Origin: a virus
Lineage: Duplodnaviria; Caudoviricetes
Reading direction: 5' to 3' (one strand)
IMG/VR virus record: IMGVR_UViG_3300034158_000041
Span: 1 to 59,999 of that record
Length of the DNA: 59,999 nt
The translations under genes were made by a program, and so were the position numbers. How positions within the stretch are numbered: the stretch's first letter is position 1; each line of letters opens with the position of its first letter. This document shows positions 36,640-45,519 of this stretch, piece after piece. Under the pieces are notes generated by a model that worked only from the letters and a program-made list of their open reading frames with translations, searched no databases and was not told the DNA's origin.

Positions 36640-36936
36640 TCACGTACCATAGAAATCATAATGAATGTAAGTTCCCGTCTCTCCATAAACCGAAAGCGAA
36701 GTGTTGCCCGAAAGGTAAACCTTCCGAACCATGCCTTCAGCAACTATCAAAGAGGATGCCGAAGTGGCGACCACATCAACGGCGAACCTGCCATCGCCCG
36801 CTTCCGCGACTAGATCAACGTATCTGGTGCCCGATGGTATGGTTACGTCTTGCGCCGCGCCTATCATCGTTTTCCTTCCTCCCGACAAATGCTTTGCCCG
36901 GAGAATGAAATTATCCAATTCCTCCCACGTAGACAT
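36640..36936 (-). CDS. Small putative structural protein
   Basis: Beta-rich; lies between connector genes. Confidence 0.5.
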   Translation of the reverse strand: MSTWEELDNFILRAKHLSGGRKTMIGAAQDVTIPSGTRYVDLVAEAGDGRFAVDVVATSASSLIVAEGMVRKVYLSGNTSLSVYGETGTYIHYDFYGT

Positions 36937-36943
36937 GACAACC

Positions 36944-37474
36944 TCAAGGCACAGGTCTCACCGCGCCCGCAATATACTGCTTCATGAAATCATAAGCTTC
37001 CTGACTATGCAAGCCCTTCCATTTACGGGCTGCTCCAGGTGCATAGGTCTCAGATAGCTTTCCAAGCGAAAAGCTGGTCACTCCCTGCTCCTGGAGCTTT
37101 CTGCGTTTCTGATCTCCTGGAGAGGAAACATAAGCATCATAGAGAGCTAATGCTTCCTCCAGACATGCTTTCTTAACCTCTTCTGGCACCAGTTCAGCAT
37201 TCCCGGTATAATCCCAATTATAGACCCTGCCATTGATGACCCTGGGGAATTGGCGAGCCTGATAGCCAGTGGGAGGATTGAGCTGGTCTATGGGATAGTA
37301 AGTTGATCCTTTCAGATATAGGGAATCTATTATTGCTGTGGCTTTCTGTAAATACCAGGTCTGGATGGCATCGCTCGCGGCCAAGAGCGCGATTGCCGAT
37401 GGCCTGGGGTCTGATGCTAATCTGGTTTCGAGATCGGCTATAGTCAGGATGTATGAATCGGCAACGTCAACCAT
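36944..37474 (-). CDS. Head-tail adaptor protein
   Basis: DSYI..ID..KG..Q.RQFPR..VPEEVKKACLEEA..GVTSFSLGKLSETY. Confidence 0.8.
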   Translation of the reverse strand: MVDVADSYILTIADLETRLASDPRPSAIALLAASDAIQTWYLQKATAIIDSLYLKGSTYYPIDQLNPPTGYQARQFPRVINGRVYNWDYTGNAELVPEEVKKACLEEALALYDAYVSSPGDQKRRKLQEQGVTSFSLGKLSETYAPGAARKWKGLHSQEAYDFMKQYIAGAVRPVP

Positions 37475-37505
37475 TTATTATCCCTCTTTATTATATGAAA
37501 CGGGC

Positions 37506-37667
37506 TTAAATGCCCGTCTCGGTCTTCTTATGCTTCTTCTCTTTCACCAGATCCGCCAGGGCTCTAGTCACAAGCTCTCCCTCGATGTCGTCAGGCAAAC
37601 CATCGATCTTGGTGCCAATTGGGATGTTCACCGTTCCCAACTTCATGAACTTTCTTGTGACTATCAA
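37506..37667 (-). CDS. Small post-capsid protein (not in track)
   Basis: TTG start overlapping the upstream stop; Lys-rich tail. Confidence 0.4.
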   Translation of the reverse strand: MIVTRKFMKLGTVNIPIGTKIDGLPDDIEGELVTRALADLVKEKKHKKTETGI

Positions 37668-38278
37668 TAGAACCACACCGTTATGGTATTGCCATCCAAG
37701 GCGCTTGAGAGGTCGATTGTGTTCAGTGATATGACGGTCGAGCTTGCGGTCACTGTTGGGGCCGTGGTCTCTTTCACGCCATTAAGCGTTGCCATGATCA
37801 CCCTTGTATTGCTTGCCAGAGGGGTATTCAGTCCAAGAGCCTGGCCATATCCGAGATTAAATGAGTTTGCTGCTCCGGTGGTACAGTTAAAGCTCGTGAC
37901 GGCGCTAAATGCTTTGGTGGTGTATTTTCCGAGATCACTTGATACCCAGGTCAATTTCTCAGAAATGACATTTCCATAGAAATCCGTGCCATTAATCAGA
38001 ACATTGCCGGTTATGGCGCTTCCCGGGGCGACGCCCACAACACGCGGCACGTCTGGTGATGGGTCTTTGCCGGCGATTGCTATTTCGGCTGCAGTCTTTC
38101 CGACGGTGAGATTACATGAGAGCGTGTTCCAGATGTCAGTAGAACTCTGCAATCCTGCGCCTCGGATGGTCTGGACGGTCACAGGAACCTTATAGTTCCC
38201 GGGAGCCAGGCCATACCAAGCGGCACCACCAATCCCGGCCAGTATCATCAGGACCAAAAAGATAGAAAGATATTTCAT
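37664..38278 (-). CDS. Putative capsid-associated protein with an N-terminal signal/TM segment
   Basis: Directly after the major capsid gene; MKYLSIFLVLMILAGIGGAAW; beta-rich body. Confidence 0.55.
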   Translation of the reverse strand: MKYLSIFLVLMILAGIGGAAWYGLAPGNYKVPVTVQTIRGAGLQSSTDIWNTLSCNLTVGKTAAEIAIAGKDPSPDVPRVVGVAPGSAITGNVLINGTDFYGNVISEKLTWVSSDLGKYTTKAFSAVTSFNCTTGAANSFNLGYGQALGLNTPLASNTRVIMATLNGVKETTAPTVTASSTVISLNTIDLSSALDGNTITVWFY

Positions 38279-38287
38279 CTTTCCACC

Positions 38288-39295
38288 TCACGGCACAAGG
38301 ACGGCGAAGGGATAGCGGCTTCCATCGGTTGTCTGGATCTGGTTTTCAGGATTGGGCAACTGCCAGCCTAACCTGCAAGTGACTCTCATGGCCAGCATAT
38401 CCTGTTGCATCAAATTGAAGACAACGGCCCCGCTGTCATTGGTCACTACGCCCTGGTCGAAGATCTTGAAGGTGATGTCCTGTCTCCAGGAGTAGACCGC
38501 CTTCTTCCAGTCGCCTGCAATCAGGAGGGCATCAGATGGGTCAAAGGCTCCGTTAGCTGGGAAGCTGACAGGCACGCCGGCGATGCTCATCTTTGTGGCG
38601 CTGGTCATATCCTGCTGGAAGAGAAGCTGGCCATCTGTGCCTCTGATTCCTCGGAGGGCTGCCTTCTGAGACAGAGCACCAACGATACCATTGACCTCAT
38701 AGCCATCAGCCTCTACCAGGCTGAACAGGCCGCCTTCTCCCAGGATTGCATCATAGAGATCCGGGAAGGTCAGGCCGGTGCCCACAGCAGCAGACTTATC
38801 GATAGTCTGGGATGCGGTCGCGGCGGCGTCCACAATGCCATGCGGCCAGGACGCGGGCGCGTTGGTGTCATGGATGATAGCGGCATCGATTGCCTTGCCG
38901 ATTGCTTCTGATAGCCTGGGCGCAATTTCGCCCCATGCATCATAGCCGCCTCCGGCCATGTCGTCCACTACAGCGGCCGGGATGGGCACAATTACAGCCA
39001 ATTCCTCGGCGGTGATGGTGGCATAGGACCAGTTCTGGGTTGTGGTCTTCTTCAGGCCCTTGTCGTAGGTGTAAGAGCCACCATCGGTTCCGGCCTCACC
39101 AGAGACGAAGTAGGCCGTGGGAAACAGGCTCATGATGGGAAGCTGAGTTACCTTCGTAGGCATGTTGCTCAGCCTGGTCATCATGGGCAAGCAGAAGCTG
39201 CTCTGGATGGCGGTCTGGATGATCTCTTTGCTGTAGGTTGTCGGGATCAGGTTGCTAACGCCTGCCCGCGTAATAATGTTGTCGTAATCTGTCAT
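38288..39295 (-). CDS. Major capsid protein (HK97 fold)
   Basis: LIP..SKEII; AYFV.GE; EELAVIVPIP; AIGKAIDAAI; GDW; NLMQQDMLAMRV..RLGW. Confidence 0.93.
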   Translation of the reverse strand: MTDYDNIITRAGVSNLIPTTYSKEIIQTAIQSSFCLPMMTRLSNMPTKVTQLPIMSLFPTAYFVSGEAGTDGGSYTYDKGLKKTTTQNWSYATITAEELAVIVPIPAAVVDDMAGGGYDAWGEIAPRLSEAIGKAIDAAIIHDTNAPASWPHGIVDAAATASQTIDKSAAVGTGLTFPDLYDAILGEGGLFSLVEADGYEVNGIVGALSQKAALRGIRGTDGQLLFQQDMTSATKMSIAGVPVSFPANGAFDPSDALLIAGDWKKAVYSWRQDITFKIFDQGVVTNDSGAVVFNLMQQDMLAMRVTCRLGWQLPNPENQIQTTDGSRYPFAVLVP

Positions 39296-39305
39296 TCAAA
39301 TACTC

Positions 39306-39896
39306 CTATCGGCCTCCCCTACCAGCCACTGCCATGATTTGATCATTCATGAAAGCGTTCTTATTCGGAACCGCTTCGGTTCCTGCTGGGGTGGAATTGC
39401 CAATGTTCTTACGTTTCTCCACTTTCGCGCCGAAATCGGCGGCAATGGATTCTATACTAGCAGCGATGGATTTCTCATCGGTGCCGGTTACATACTTCAT
39501 GAGGCCAATTGGCAGGGACTGGCCATCCTTGGTTTTGTACTCAGAATACATATTGATCCTGAGTTCTTTAGCTCCGAAATCCGCGAGCTGGTTCTTGATG
39601 GCGTCTCTTTCCTTTATGGCCTCTTCTTTCTCTTTCTGAAGCCTTTCAGATTCCGACAGCTTGGCATCCTCGATTTCCTGAATCTTCTTTTTCAGGTCGT
39701 CATAATCCTTGAACTGGGCAGCCACGGTTTTGCGTTCTGCCTTTCGTTCTGCCGAGATTATCTTGCCAAGCTTCCTCTTCTGCTCAGGCGTAAACTCGAT
39801 ATCATCAGATTCATTCGGCTCTGACGGGTTCGCCGGTGCACCAGATTTGTTATCCTCTGGCGGCTGGTTCCCGCCATTAAGCTCTTGATCTGTCAT
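39306..39896 (-). CDS. Capsid scaffolding protein
   Basis: FTPEQ..DYDDLK..LSESERLQ coiled coil; C-terminal FMNDQI; precedes the capsid gene. Confidence 0.8.
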   Translation of the reverse strand: MTDQELNGGNQPPEDNKSGAPANPSEPNESDDIEFTPEQKRKLGKIISAERKAERKTVAAQFKDYDDLKKKIQEIEDAKLSESERLQKEKEEAIKERDAIKNQLADFGAKELRINMYSEYKTKDGQSLPIGLMKYVTGTDEKSIAASIESIAADFGAKVEKRKNIGNSTPAGTEAVPNKNAFMNDQIMAVAGRGGR

Positions 39897-40028
39897 TTAA
39901 GTCACCAAACTTTAACGCAAGCTGGAAGCGAAGTGACATTGCTAACGGGCAATGTCGAAACCGAGATGTATTGTACTGATTATTATCTATCGAAAGCTTG
40001 ATATATCTTAAGATACCTTATTATTATC

Positions 40029-40199
40029 ATGGAAAATGAAACTTTTTGTATCAAGATACCGTATTGCACTGGAGAAAAGCGAGACGCTTCCTTTTGGAGA
40101 GCGATAACGCATTTGATCGGCATCACATTAGAGGATAAGCAACACGAATTGGGGGATGTAATGCAGATTGAAGTACACTTGATGGAAGTGGAGATTTAA
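40029..40199 (+). CDS. Small hypothetical protein (not in track)
   Basis: BRE-TATA ATCGAAAGCTTGATATAT upstream. Confidence 0.5.
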   Translation: MENETFCIKIPYCTGEKRDASFWRAITHLIGITLEDKQHELGDVMQIEVHLMEVEI

Positions 40200-40330
40200 T
40201 GCCAAACGTCTACATTTCAGAACAGGCTTACTTAGAGCTGGAGAAGTACCGCTTGAAAGTGAATGAGCAAACCGGGATAGCCTGCGATCGAAGTCAGGCG
40301 GTTTTGAAGCTGATCAAGGAGAAAGCATGA
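40199..40330 (+). CDS. Ribbon-helix-helix microprotein (not in track)
   Basis: MPNVYISEQAYLEL...DRSQAVLKLI. Confidence 0.55.
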   Translation: MPNVYISEQAYLELEKYRLKVNEQTGIACDRSQAVLKLIKEKA

Positions 40331-40518
40331 GATGGAATGTTCACCAAGACAGGCTTAACCAGGAAATGCATTTCGAGATCTGCCTTAATGATTCCGATGT
40401 GAGACGATTCCAGGAATTGGGCCTTGATCGAATAGAGAACATTGATTTGGAGACATTCATTCGATACATGATTTATATATCGGAGCATTTCGGAAAGGGG
40501 ACAATCAAGCCCATTTAG
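40327..40518 (+). CDS. Small hypothetical protein
   Basis: ATGA-coupled; followed by a T-tract. Confidence 0.5.
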   Translation: MRWNVHQDRLNQEMHFEICLNDSDVRRFQELGLDRIENIDLETFIRYMIYISEHFGKGTIKPI

Positions 40519-40535
40519 GCTTGCTTCCCCTCTTT

Positions 40536-41894
40536 TCAGAACAGCCCCCCGCCCTGCGTCGTGGCTTCCTTGGCTATCTGCTTCTGATCTTCTTCGGATT
40601 GCTCATCGGACAACCTGTAGATCCTCTTGGCAGCAGCCTTGGTTGAAGTGATCTTATTCATCACTGCCATCTGCTCGATCTGCATCTGCTGATATTCATC
40701 ATTGGGCAGGCCGTCGTGCCAGTCAATCCCGATCTCCTGCTCTTCCAGTTGGATGCCGTCAAGTTGGGCGGCCAGCCAGATGATCTTCTTGATAGCTGGA
40801 TCGATGTTCAGCCGTAAGCGCTCGACGCGCTTCAAGGGCGCCATCATGCGAAGCCTGAGAGATGTTCCAGACTCTGCTCCTCCAGTCATGCTTTGGCCGA
40901 AAGCCTGCGGACAGGTCTCTGAGATGGCATATAGCTGGCTCATCAAGAATTCTATTTCCTGGAAAGATGCGGTTAGTTGGCCGTCCCAGGTGACATAAAA
41001 AGGCGGGGCTTGCCCCTCTGCCATGGGGAAAACTTTCAGGTTACTATCATAATGGCCCTCGCCCGTGTTGGGGTCTTTGCCTATCGCGTCCTCTGGCACG
41101 CCCATAACCGGTTCGCTGTGAGCATCCAGTATCCTGCCAAGCCTTGTCAGCCTGGTCTCCAGCCTTCTTATGATAGGGTCCAGGGGGGTGTAATCATCGC
41201 AGCCCCATTGGTTTGTGGTGGTGGTCAGGTTGAGAAGAGGAACTACCAGGAAGTCATCTATCTCAGTCTTGTCGATTTGGACATCTTTCTCATCCGAAGC
41301 TATCTTGCCCTGAATAATGTCATACTTGCGGGTTTCAACTTCGCCCCGCCTATGGATCTCTACATGGAGATATGATTGCAGAACATGATTTACGAAATCC
41401 TCCGAGGTCCAAGCCAGAACATGTTCTATAATCTGCCCGCCAGGTGCCTGGATGGGGAACCATTTGGATGGCGCTATGGCCTGAATGTGAACCCTGTCAT
41501 CTTCATCTTTGTAGATCTTGACGGGCCCTACACCGAACCTAGACATGTCCAGAAGGCCCTTATAAGCCTCCGGCCACAAGCCAGTATCACGCCGGAGTTC
41601 TTTGACAGCATCAGAATTGGCGTCATCTACCTTGACATCTGGGGTCTCCCCTATGAGCAGATCCGGCCAGAGGCAGGACAGCCTGCGATGCCAGTTTAGG
41701 ATCAGAATAATCTTCTGGTGTTCTGCCGCACTATTGTGGAAAAGCCTGAGCAGACCAGTATAGACTTTGGTATGATTGCCTTCGAATAGGTCTTGGTTTT
41801 GGGAATAAAGGGTCAATCTGGATTGTTCAGATGCCGGAGGCCACGGCGCGCCCTTATAAAGTATAGATTCCGTATCGTAGATAATTTTAATCAC
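40536..41894 (-). CDS. Portal protein (SPP1 gp6-like)
   Basis: LNWHRR...LIGE.P; GCDDY; YVTWDGQL; AESGTSLRLRM; IDWHDGLP.D. Confidence 0.9.
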   Translation of the reverse strand: MIKIIYDTESILYKGAPWPPASEQSRLTLYSQNQDLFEGNHTKVYTGLLRLFHNSAAEHQKIILILNWHRRLSCLWPDLLIGETPDVKVDDANSDAVKELRRDTGLWPEAYKGLLDMSRFGVGPVKIYKDEDDRVHIQAIAPSKWFPIQAPGGQIIEHVLAWTSEDFVNHVLQSYLHVEIHRRGEVETRKYDIIQGKIASDEKDVQIDKTEIDDFLVVPLLNLTTTTNQWGCDDYTPLDPIIRRLETRLTRLGRILDAHSEPVMGVPEDAIGKDPNTGEGHYDSNLKVFPMAEGQAPPFYVTWDGQLTASFQEIEFLMSQLYAISETCPQAFGQSMTGGAESGTSLRLRMMAPLKRVERLRLNIDPAIKKIIWLAAQLDGIQLEEQEIGIDWHDGLPNDEYQQMQIEQMAVMNKITSTKAAAKRIYRLSDEQSEEDQKQIAKEATTQGGGLF

Positions 41895-42727
41895 CCTATG
41901 CTGTCAAATCGATCTTTTTTTCTCTGCAACCACGGTGCATTGCCATCATATAGCCAGTTTCTAATTCGCAACGCATTATTTCTTCCGCTATATCGCAATT
42001 CGGATATTTTACCTTTCGATCTGATTTTTATAGGGTTTAATCCCAAATCGGATACTAACACGCTCATGACATCATTTAAGAATGGAACGGTACCAACCAG
42101 AGCAAACGTTGGTTTCCCGCTTTTATCAAAATATATTGATCCATCGCCGTCGAAATACCCACGGATGTAACTATTTATGAGACGACGCGGAACCTGTTTG
42201 CAGAATTCGAGCGTCAACGACTTTTGGGGGGTTATTCCCAAGCGTTTAAGTGATGATATTAAGGTCAGATTGTCGATAACAACACGAGCAAAATTCAGAT
42301 TCTTCGATTTTCCGCCCATAGAATAATAAATAGATTTATTGCTTTCAACGTCTTCGAGAAAGCCGTTTAAGATGATAGAATCTTTCGCGCTAAGACGGAT
42401 GGCCAATCGGTTCTTTTTTCCACTGTTTATACAGCCGTCCGCTGAAATGAACCCCAGCCAGTACGCTTTTTTCTCGTTGTCTATAACATCGAAAAAATTT
42501 TCGTTTAATGTGTACCGTTGGTGTGCGTGACTATCATCTCTCCTTTTTACTCTCATCCGATCTAATGCGTAATAAACCGCCGGCGTGGTTACATCATATT
42601 GCCGCGCGATCTCTGGAGCATCAACTCCATTTTTATAAAGTTCAGCGCATCCAAAATACCATTCTTTCGGTATGTATTTTGTAGGAGACACGATCTTAAT
42701 CGAGATTATTCTATTTTTGTTTTCCAT
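41891..42727 (-). mobile_element. Free-standing LAGLIDADG homing endonuclease with an N-terminal HTH
   Basis: KAYWLGFISADG and YIRGYFDGDG; AT-rich; own TATA box (TATATATA ~42750-42757). Confidence 0.88.
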
Positions 42728-42796
42728 ACACTATCAATGGCGCGCATACTATATATACTCATGCTCCTTTGTAGAGAATGGAATCGGTGGAATAGA

Positions 42797-44062
42797 TCAT
42801 GTTATTAGCCTCATTTTTCTAAGCTCTCTGGCAGCCTCGCGAGATATATAACGGTTGCAATCGCAAATGTGGTCAGGACTTCCCGATCCACCTTTAATAA
42901 ACATGTCAATGCCCTGCGCCTGCTTCTTCTCGTCCCATCGCAGATCGCTTAAGCCCCAGATGGTCTTCTCGCATTTGTTAAAGATCTTCCAGCGACCCAG
43001 TGATAGCAATGTCGTGACGTCCTCAACACCGGGCAAAATGGCATTGTCGGCACTATGAACGCCCTGCAATTGGGGATATTTGCTTTGTCGGATCTCACGT
43101 TGAAATCCTGGCTCTTCTGGAGGTACTAAGATCTTTTGGGGAAACACCGGCTTGTCCTTCCAGTAGCAAAGCCTGGCCAGGTCTGCTATGTACTCTGAAT
43201 TGGTCTTTTGCTTCTGTTCGGTCTTGGAATCCCAATAGACCTCTTTCAGGCAGTACCAAACACCGCCCGACAGGCCCCAAAGAGCAGCACAGAAGGGGTT
43301 ACTGATTCCATAATCCATGCCCACAAGGTATTCTATGAAATTGTCAGGAATCTGGGAGACAACAAACCCCGCATTGGGATCTTCGTCAAAGAATGAGAAT
43401 ACCCGGCCTTCGGCAGCTACCCACAGACCCTCGATGAATCTCCTATAAAGGACGGTGCCTTTGGGATATTTCTTTTTCAGTGACGCAATATAAGAAGGAT
43501 CTAGGAAAGTGTTTTCATCCAGGATGAACCGCCAGGATCTCAGTTCTTTCCTGCCGTCCAGGGCGAAGCCGAGCTCATCTTCTCGATCTATAAGCTTCTT
43601 GATATAATGCTGAGGCGGGCCCGGGTTCATTGAGCCGATGAATACAGATCCTGTAGCCGATAGCCTGGTATCAAGCATCTCATAGAAGTTCTGAGGCCAC
43701 AGCACGACCTCATCACCTATCGCAATAGGTGTCTCCATGCCCTGAATACGTTCAACAGCGCCTTCGTTGGTGGCCCCTTCCACCCAGCACTCGCGACCGA
43801 ATACCTTCAGGGTCTTGGAGCTGCGATTGTATTTTACATGACCGGGGAATTTCTGTTGAAGAGGAATAATGAAATTGCGTTGAAGGGAGCCCTGTGTTTT
43901 GCCGATAAATATCGGGTGGCCCTTGGTAAGATTCTTAATTGCTTTCAGAGTGCAATATTGCTGGATCTCCGTCTTGCCGCTTCTCACAGACCCGTACATC
44001 AGGGTTTGGCGGGTCTTCAGGCAATCCAGGTACACATCGGCCTGTTTGGGTAGAAAGGGCAT
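42797..44062 (-). CDS. terL: Terminase large subunit (PBSX-like)
   Basis: Walker A GSVRSGKT, Walker B AIGDE, MNP, RFIEGLWVAAEG, nuclease GMDYG and DH..D..RY. Confidence 0.93.
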   Translation of the reverse strand: MPFLPKQADVYLDCLKTRQTLMYGSVRSGKTEIQQYCTLKAIKNLTKGHPIFIGKTQGSLQRNFIIPLQQKFPGHVKYNRSSKTLKVFGRECWVEGATNEGAVERIQGMETPIAIGDEVVLWPQNFYEMLDTRLSATGSVFIGSMNPGPPQHYIKKLIDREDELGFALDGRKELRSWRFILDENTFLDPSYIASLKKKYPKGTVLYRRFIEGLWVAAEGRVFSFFDEDPNAGFVVSQIPDNFIEYLVGMDYGISNPFCAALWGLSGGVWYCLKEVYWDSKTEQKQKTNSEYIADLARLCYWKDKPVFPQKILVPPEEPGFQREIRQSKYPQLQGVHSADNAILPGVEDVTTLLSLGRWKIFNKCEKTIWGLSDLRWDEKKQAQGIDMFIKGGSGSPDHICDCNRYISREAARELRKMRLIT

Positions 44063-44507
44063 GGGTCTCTAACGCATCCGTGAATTGGGAAAGCAGCTTT
44101 TCATCGCCGTCTGGGTCTCCGGGCTCTTCCTCTCTCCTCTGTTCTAAGAGACGTTCCAAGGCAGCAGACCATTTGTCCATCTTATAGGGGTCTGCTATGC
44201 CGGCCAGGAGCCCTTTGTGGATTGTGATGGCTTCATCGATGAGGGAAAGCCTGGCGTCGGGGCCAAAAGTAACTATTTTTATGGGCTTATCAGATTTCGG
44301 TTTTTCCTGCGATACTTTGGGCGTGTTACTTCCGTTGTGCTTTCCACGCCTATCTTTACGAGAAAGGCCGTTCTTGATGGCTATTCTGCTTATAACCATC
44401 TTTCTTGTATGATCGCCTAAACGCTTTGCAGCGATCTCTTCATAATCAAGCCGATCTTCCTTCAGATCATCTATGATTGCTTGCTTGATTTCTTCAGAAA
44501 TTGCCAC
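43935..44507 (-). CDS. terS: Terminase small subunit
   Basis: N-terminal HTH; directly upstream of and overlapping terL. Confidence 0.65.
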   Translation of the reverse strand: MAISEEIKQAIIDDLKEDRLDYEEIAAKRLGDHTRKMVISRIAIKNGLSRKDRRGKHNGSNTPKVSQEKPKSDKPIKIVTFGPDARLSLIDEAITIHKGLLAGIADPYKMDKWSAALERLLEQRREEEPGDPDGDEKLLSQFTDALETHALSTQTGRCVPGLPEDPPNPDVRVCEKRQDGDPAILHSESN

Positions 44508-44607
44508 ATGGAATCAATCCTATAAAGTAGAAAATCGCCGGTTAGCCCAGCATGTCAATTTAGTCAGTTTCCCGACAATTCAAGTTTCCTGTCGTAACAA
44601 GGTTAAA

Positions 44608-44681
44608 AGCCATCTGCATGATTCGAACATGCGACCTGCAGTTTACCGAACTGCCACTCTAACCAACTGAGCTAAGATGGC
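44608..44681 (-). tRNA. tRNA-Thr(GGT), no encoded CCA, U32-C33 loop
   Basis: GCCATCT/AGATGGC acceptor, GCTC/GAGT D stem, GCAGT-TCGGTAA-ACTGC, GCATG-TTCGAAT-CATGC, U73. Confidence 0.88.
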
Positions 44682-44853
44682 GATAAGTAGGATAGGCAGC
44701 GGTTAGACCGCCGCACGATTGAAGTTTCCTACGAACGAGGAAGATCGGCCTGGAAAGGAGAGATAGGAAACCAGGCCGCTTTGCTAGATAATCAGTGAAA
44801 GCCGATGATCGGTCCACGCCCGATACACGCAGGCCATGATACCCCCGTATCAC
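44682..44853 (-). ncRNA. Putative structured ncRNA or leader of six consecutive hairpins upstream of the tRNA
   Basis: TATAAATA at 44881-44874; stems GTGATAC/GTATCAT, ATCGG/CCGAT, ATCGG/CTGAT, CGGCCTGG/CCAGGCCG, TTCCT/AGGAA, GCGGCGGT/ACCGCTGC. Confidence 0.55.
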
Positions 44854-44883
44854 TACAAATCTTGTTTCCTGTCTATTTATACC

Positions 44884-45123
44884 TTAGCATTTGGGACACT
44901 TATTATAACAATATAGCCAATTGCACACCCTTTGGCAAGGGCCCTGGCATCGGCTGCGCGGAACTATGGGCATGTGTGGGCTCTTGGTCAAGGAATCAGA
45001 AGATCCTTCCAGAGTCATGTCACAGGCAGTGCAGGTTTCTGACTTCTGATATGTGGTTGCATATGCTGCAATACCAATAGCCATGAGTACAATCAAGGCT
45101 GCTATCAAGAGATATTTTCTCAT
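44884..45123 (-). CDS. Secreted Cys-rich peptide
   Basis: Signal peptide MRKYLLIAALIVLMAIGIAAYA; 8 Cys in the mature part. Confidence 0.6.
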   Translation of the reverse strand: MRKYLLIAALIVLMAIGIAAYATTYQKSETCTACDMTLEGSSDSLTKSPHMPIVPRSRCQGPCQRVCNWLYCYNKCPKC

Positions 45124-45163
45124 ACCATCGGATAGGTTTCTGGCTATAAATAACTTTCGCCTG

Positions 45164-45352
45164 TCAGATAGTAAAGGATCTATTAAGATCTTCATATGAG
45201 ATATGACCGACGTCTCGCGAAAACCTTTTGGCTTCTGCTGCTATCTTCGGGTCTCGGAGTATTCGCTTAAAGGAACAGGCAAAACATAATCCATCCTTCC
45301 CAGCTTCCTTTTCCGATATATCCTTTCCGCATTTGCATTTCATGCCTATCAT
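45164..45352 (-). CDS. Zinc-finger microprotein
   Basis: CKCG...LCFAC. Confidence 0.55.
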   Translation of the reverse strand: MIGMKCKCGKDISEKEAGKDGLCFACSFKRILRDPKIAAEAKRFSRDVGHISYEDLNRSFTI

Positions 45353-45519
45353 CCCACATGATGCTTTCTAAATCTCTTGACCTCATCAGGTTCCGGGTCT
45401 CGCAAGAAAACAAAGTTCGGCGAAGTCATGACGCGGGGCTTTTCATCAGATGGATTGGAAGAGGAAAGCATGTGGACCTCGATAGCATACGCTTCAGCGC
45501 GATTGCTCGCGCCTTCTGG

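Noticed and set aside
41891-42727. Group I intron or intein interrupting terL or portal
   Set aside because: Both flanking genes look complete; no intein splice residues or space for an intron core
44591-44603. GTCGTAACAAGGT, matching the conserved 16S rRNA 1492 region
   Set aside because: Only 13 bp with no rRNA-like flanks; better explained as part of the minus-strand hairpin repeat
44560-44872. Mini-CRISPR array suggested by recurring GGAAAC and ATTGAAG words
   Set aside because: Copies are short, degenerate and irregularly spaced, with a tRNA between them
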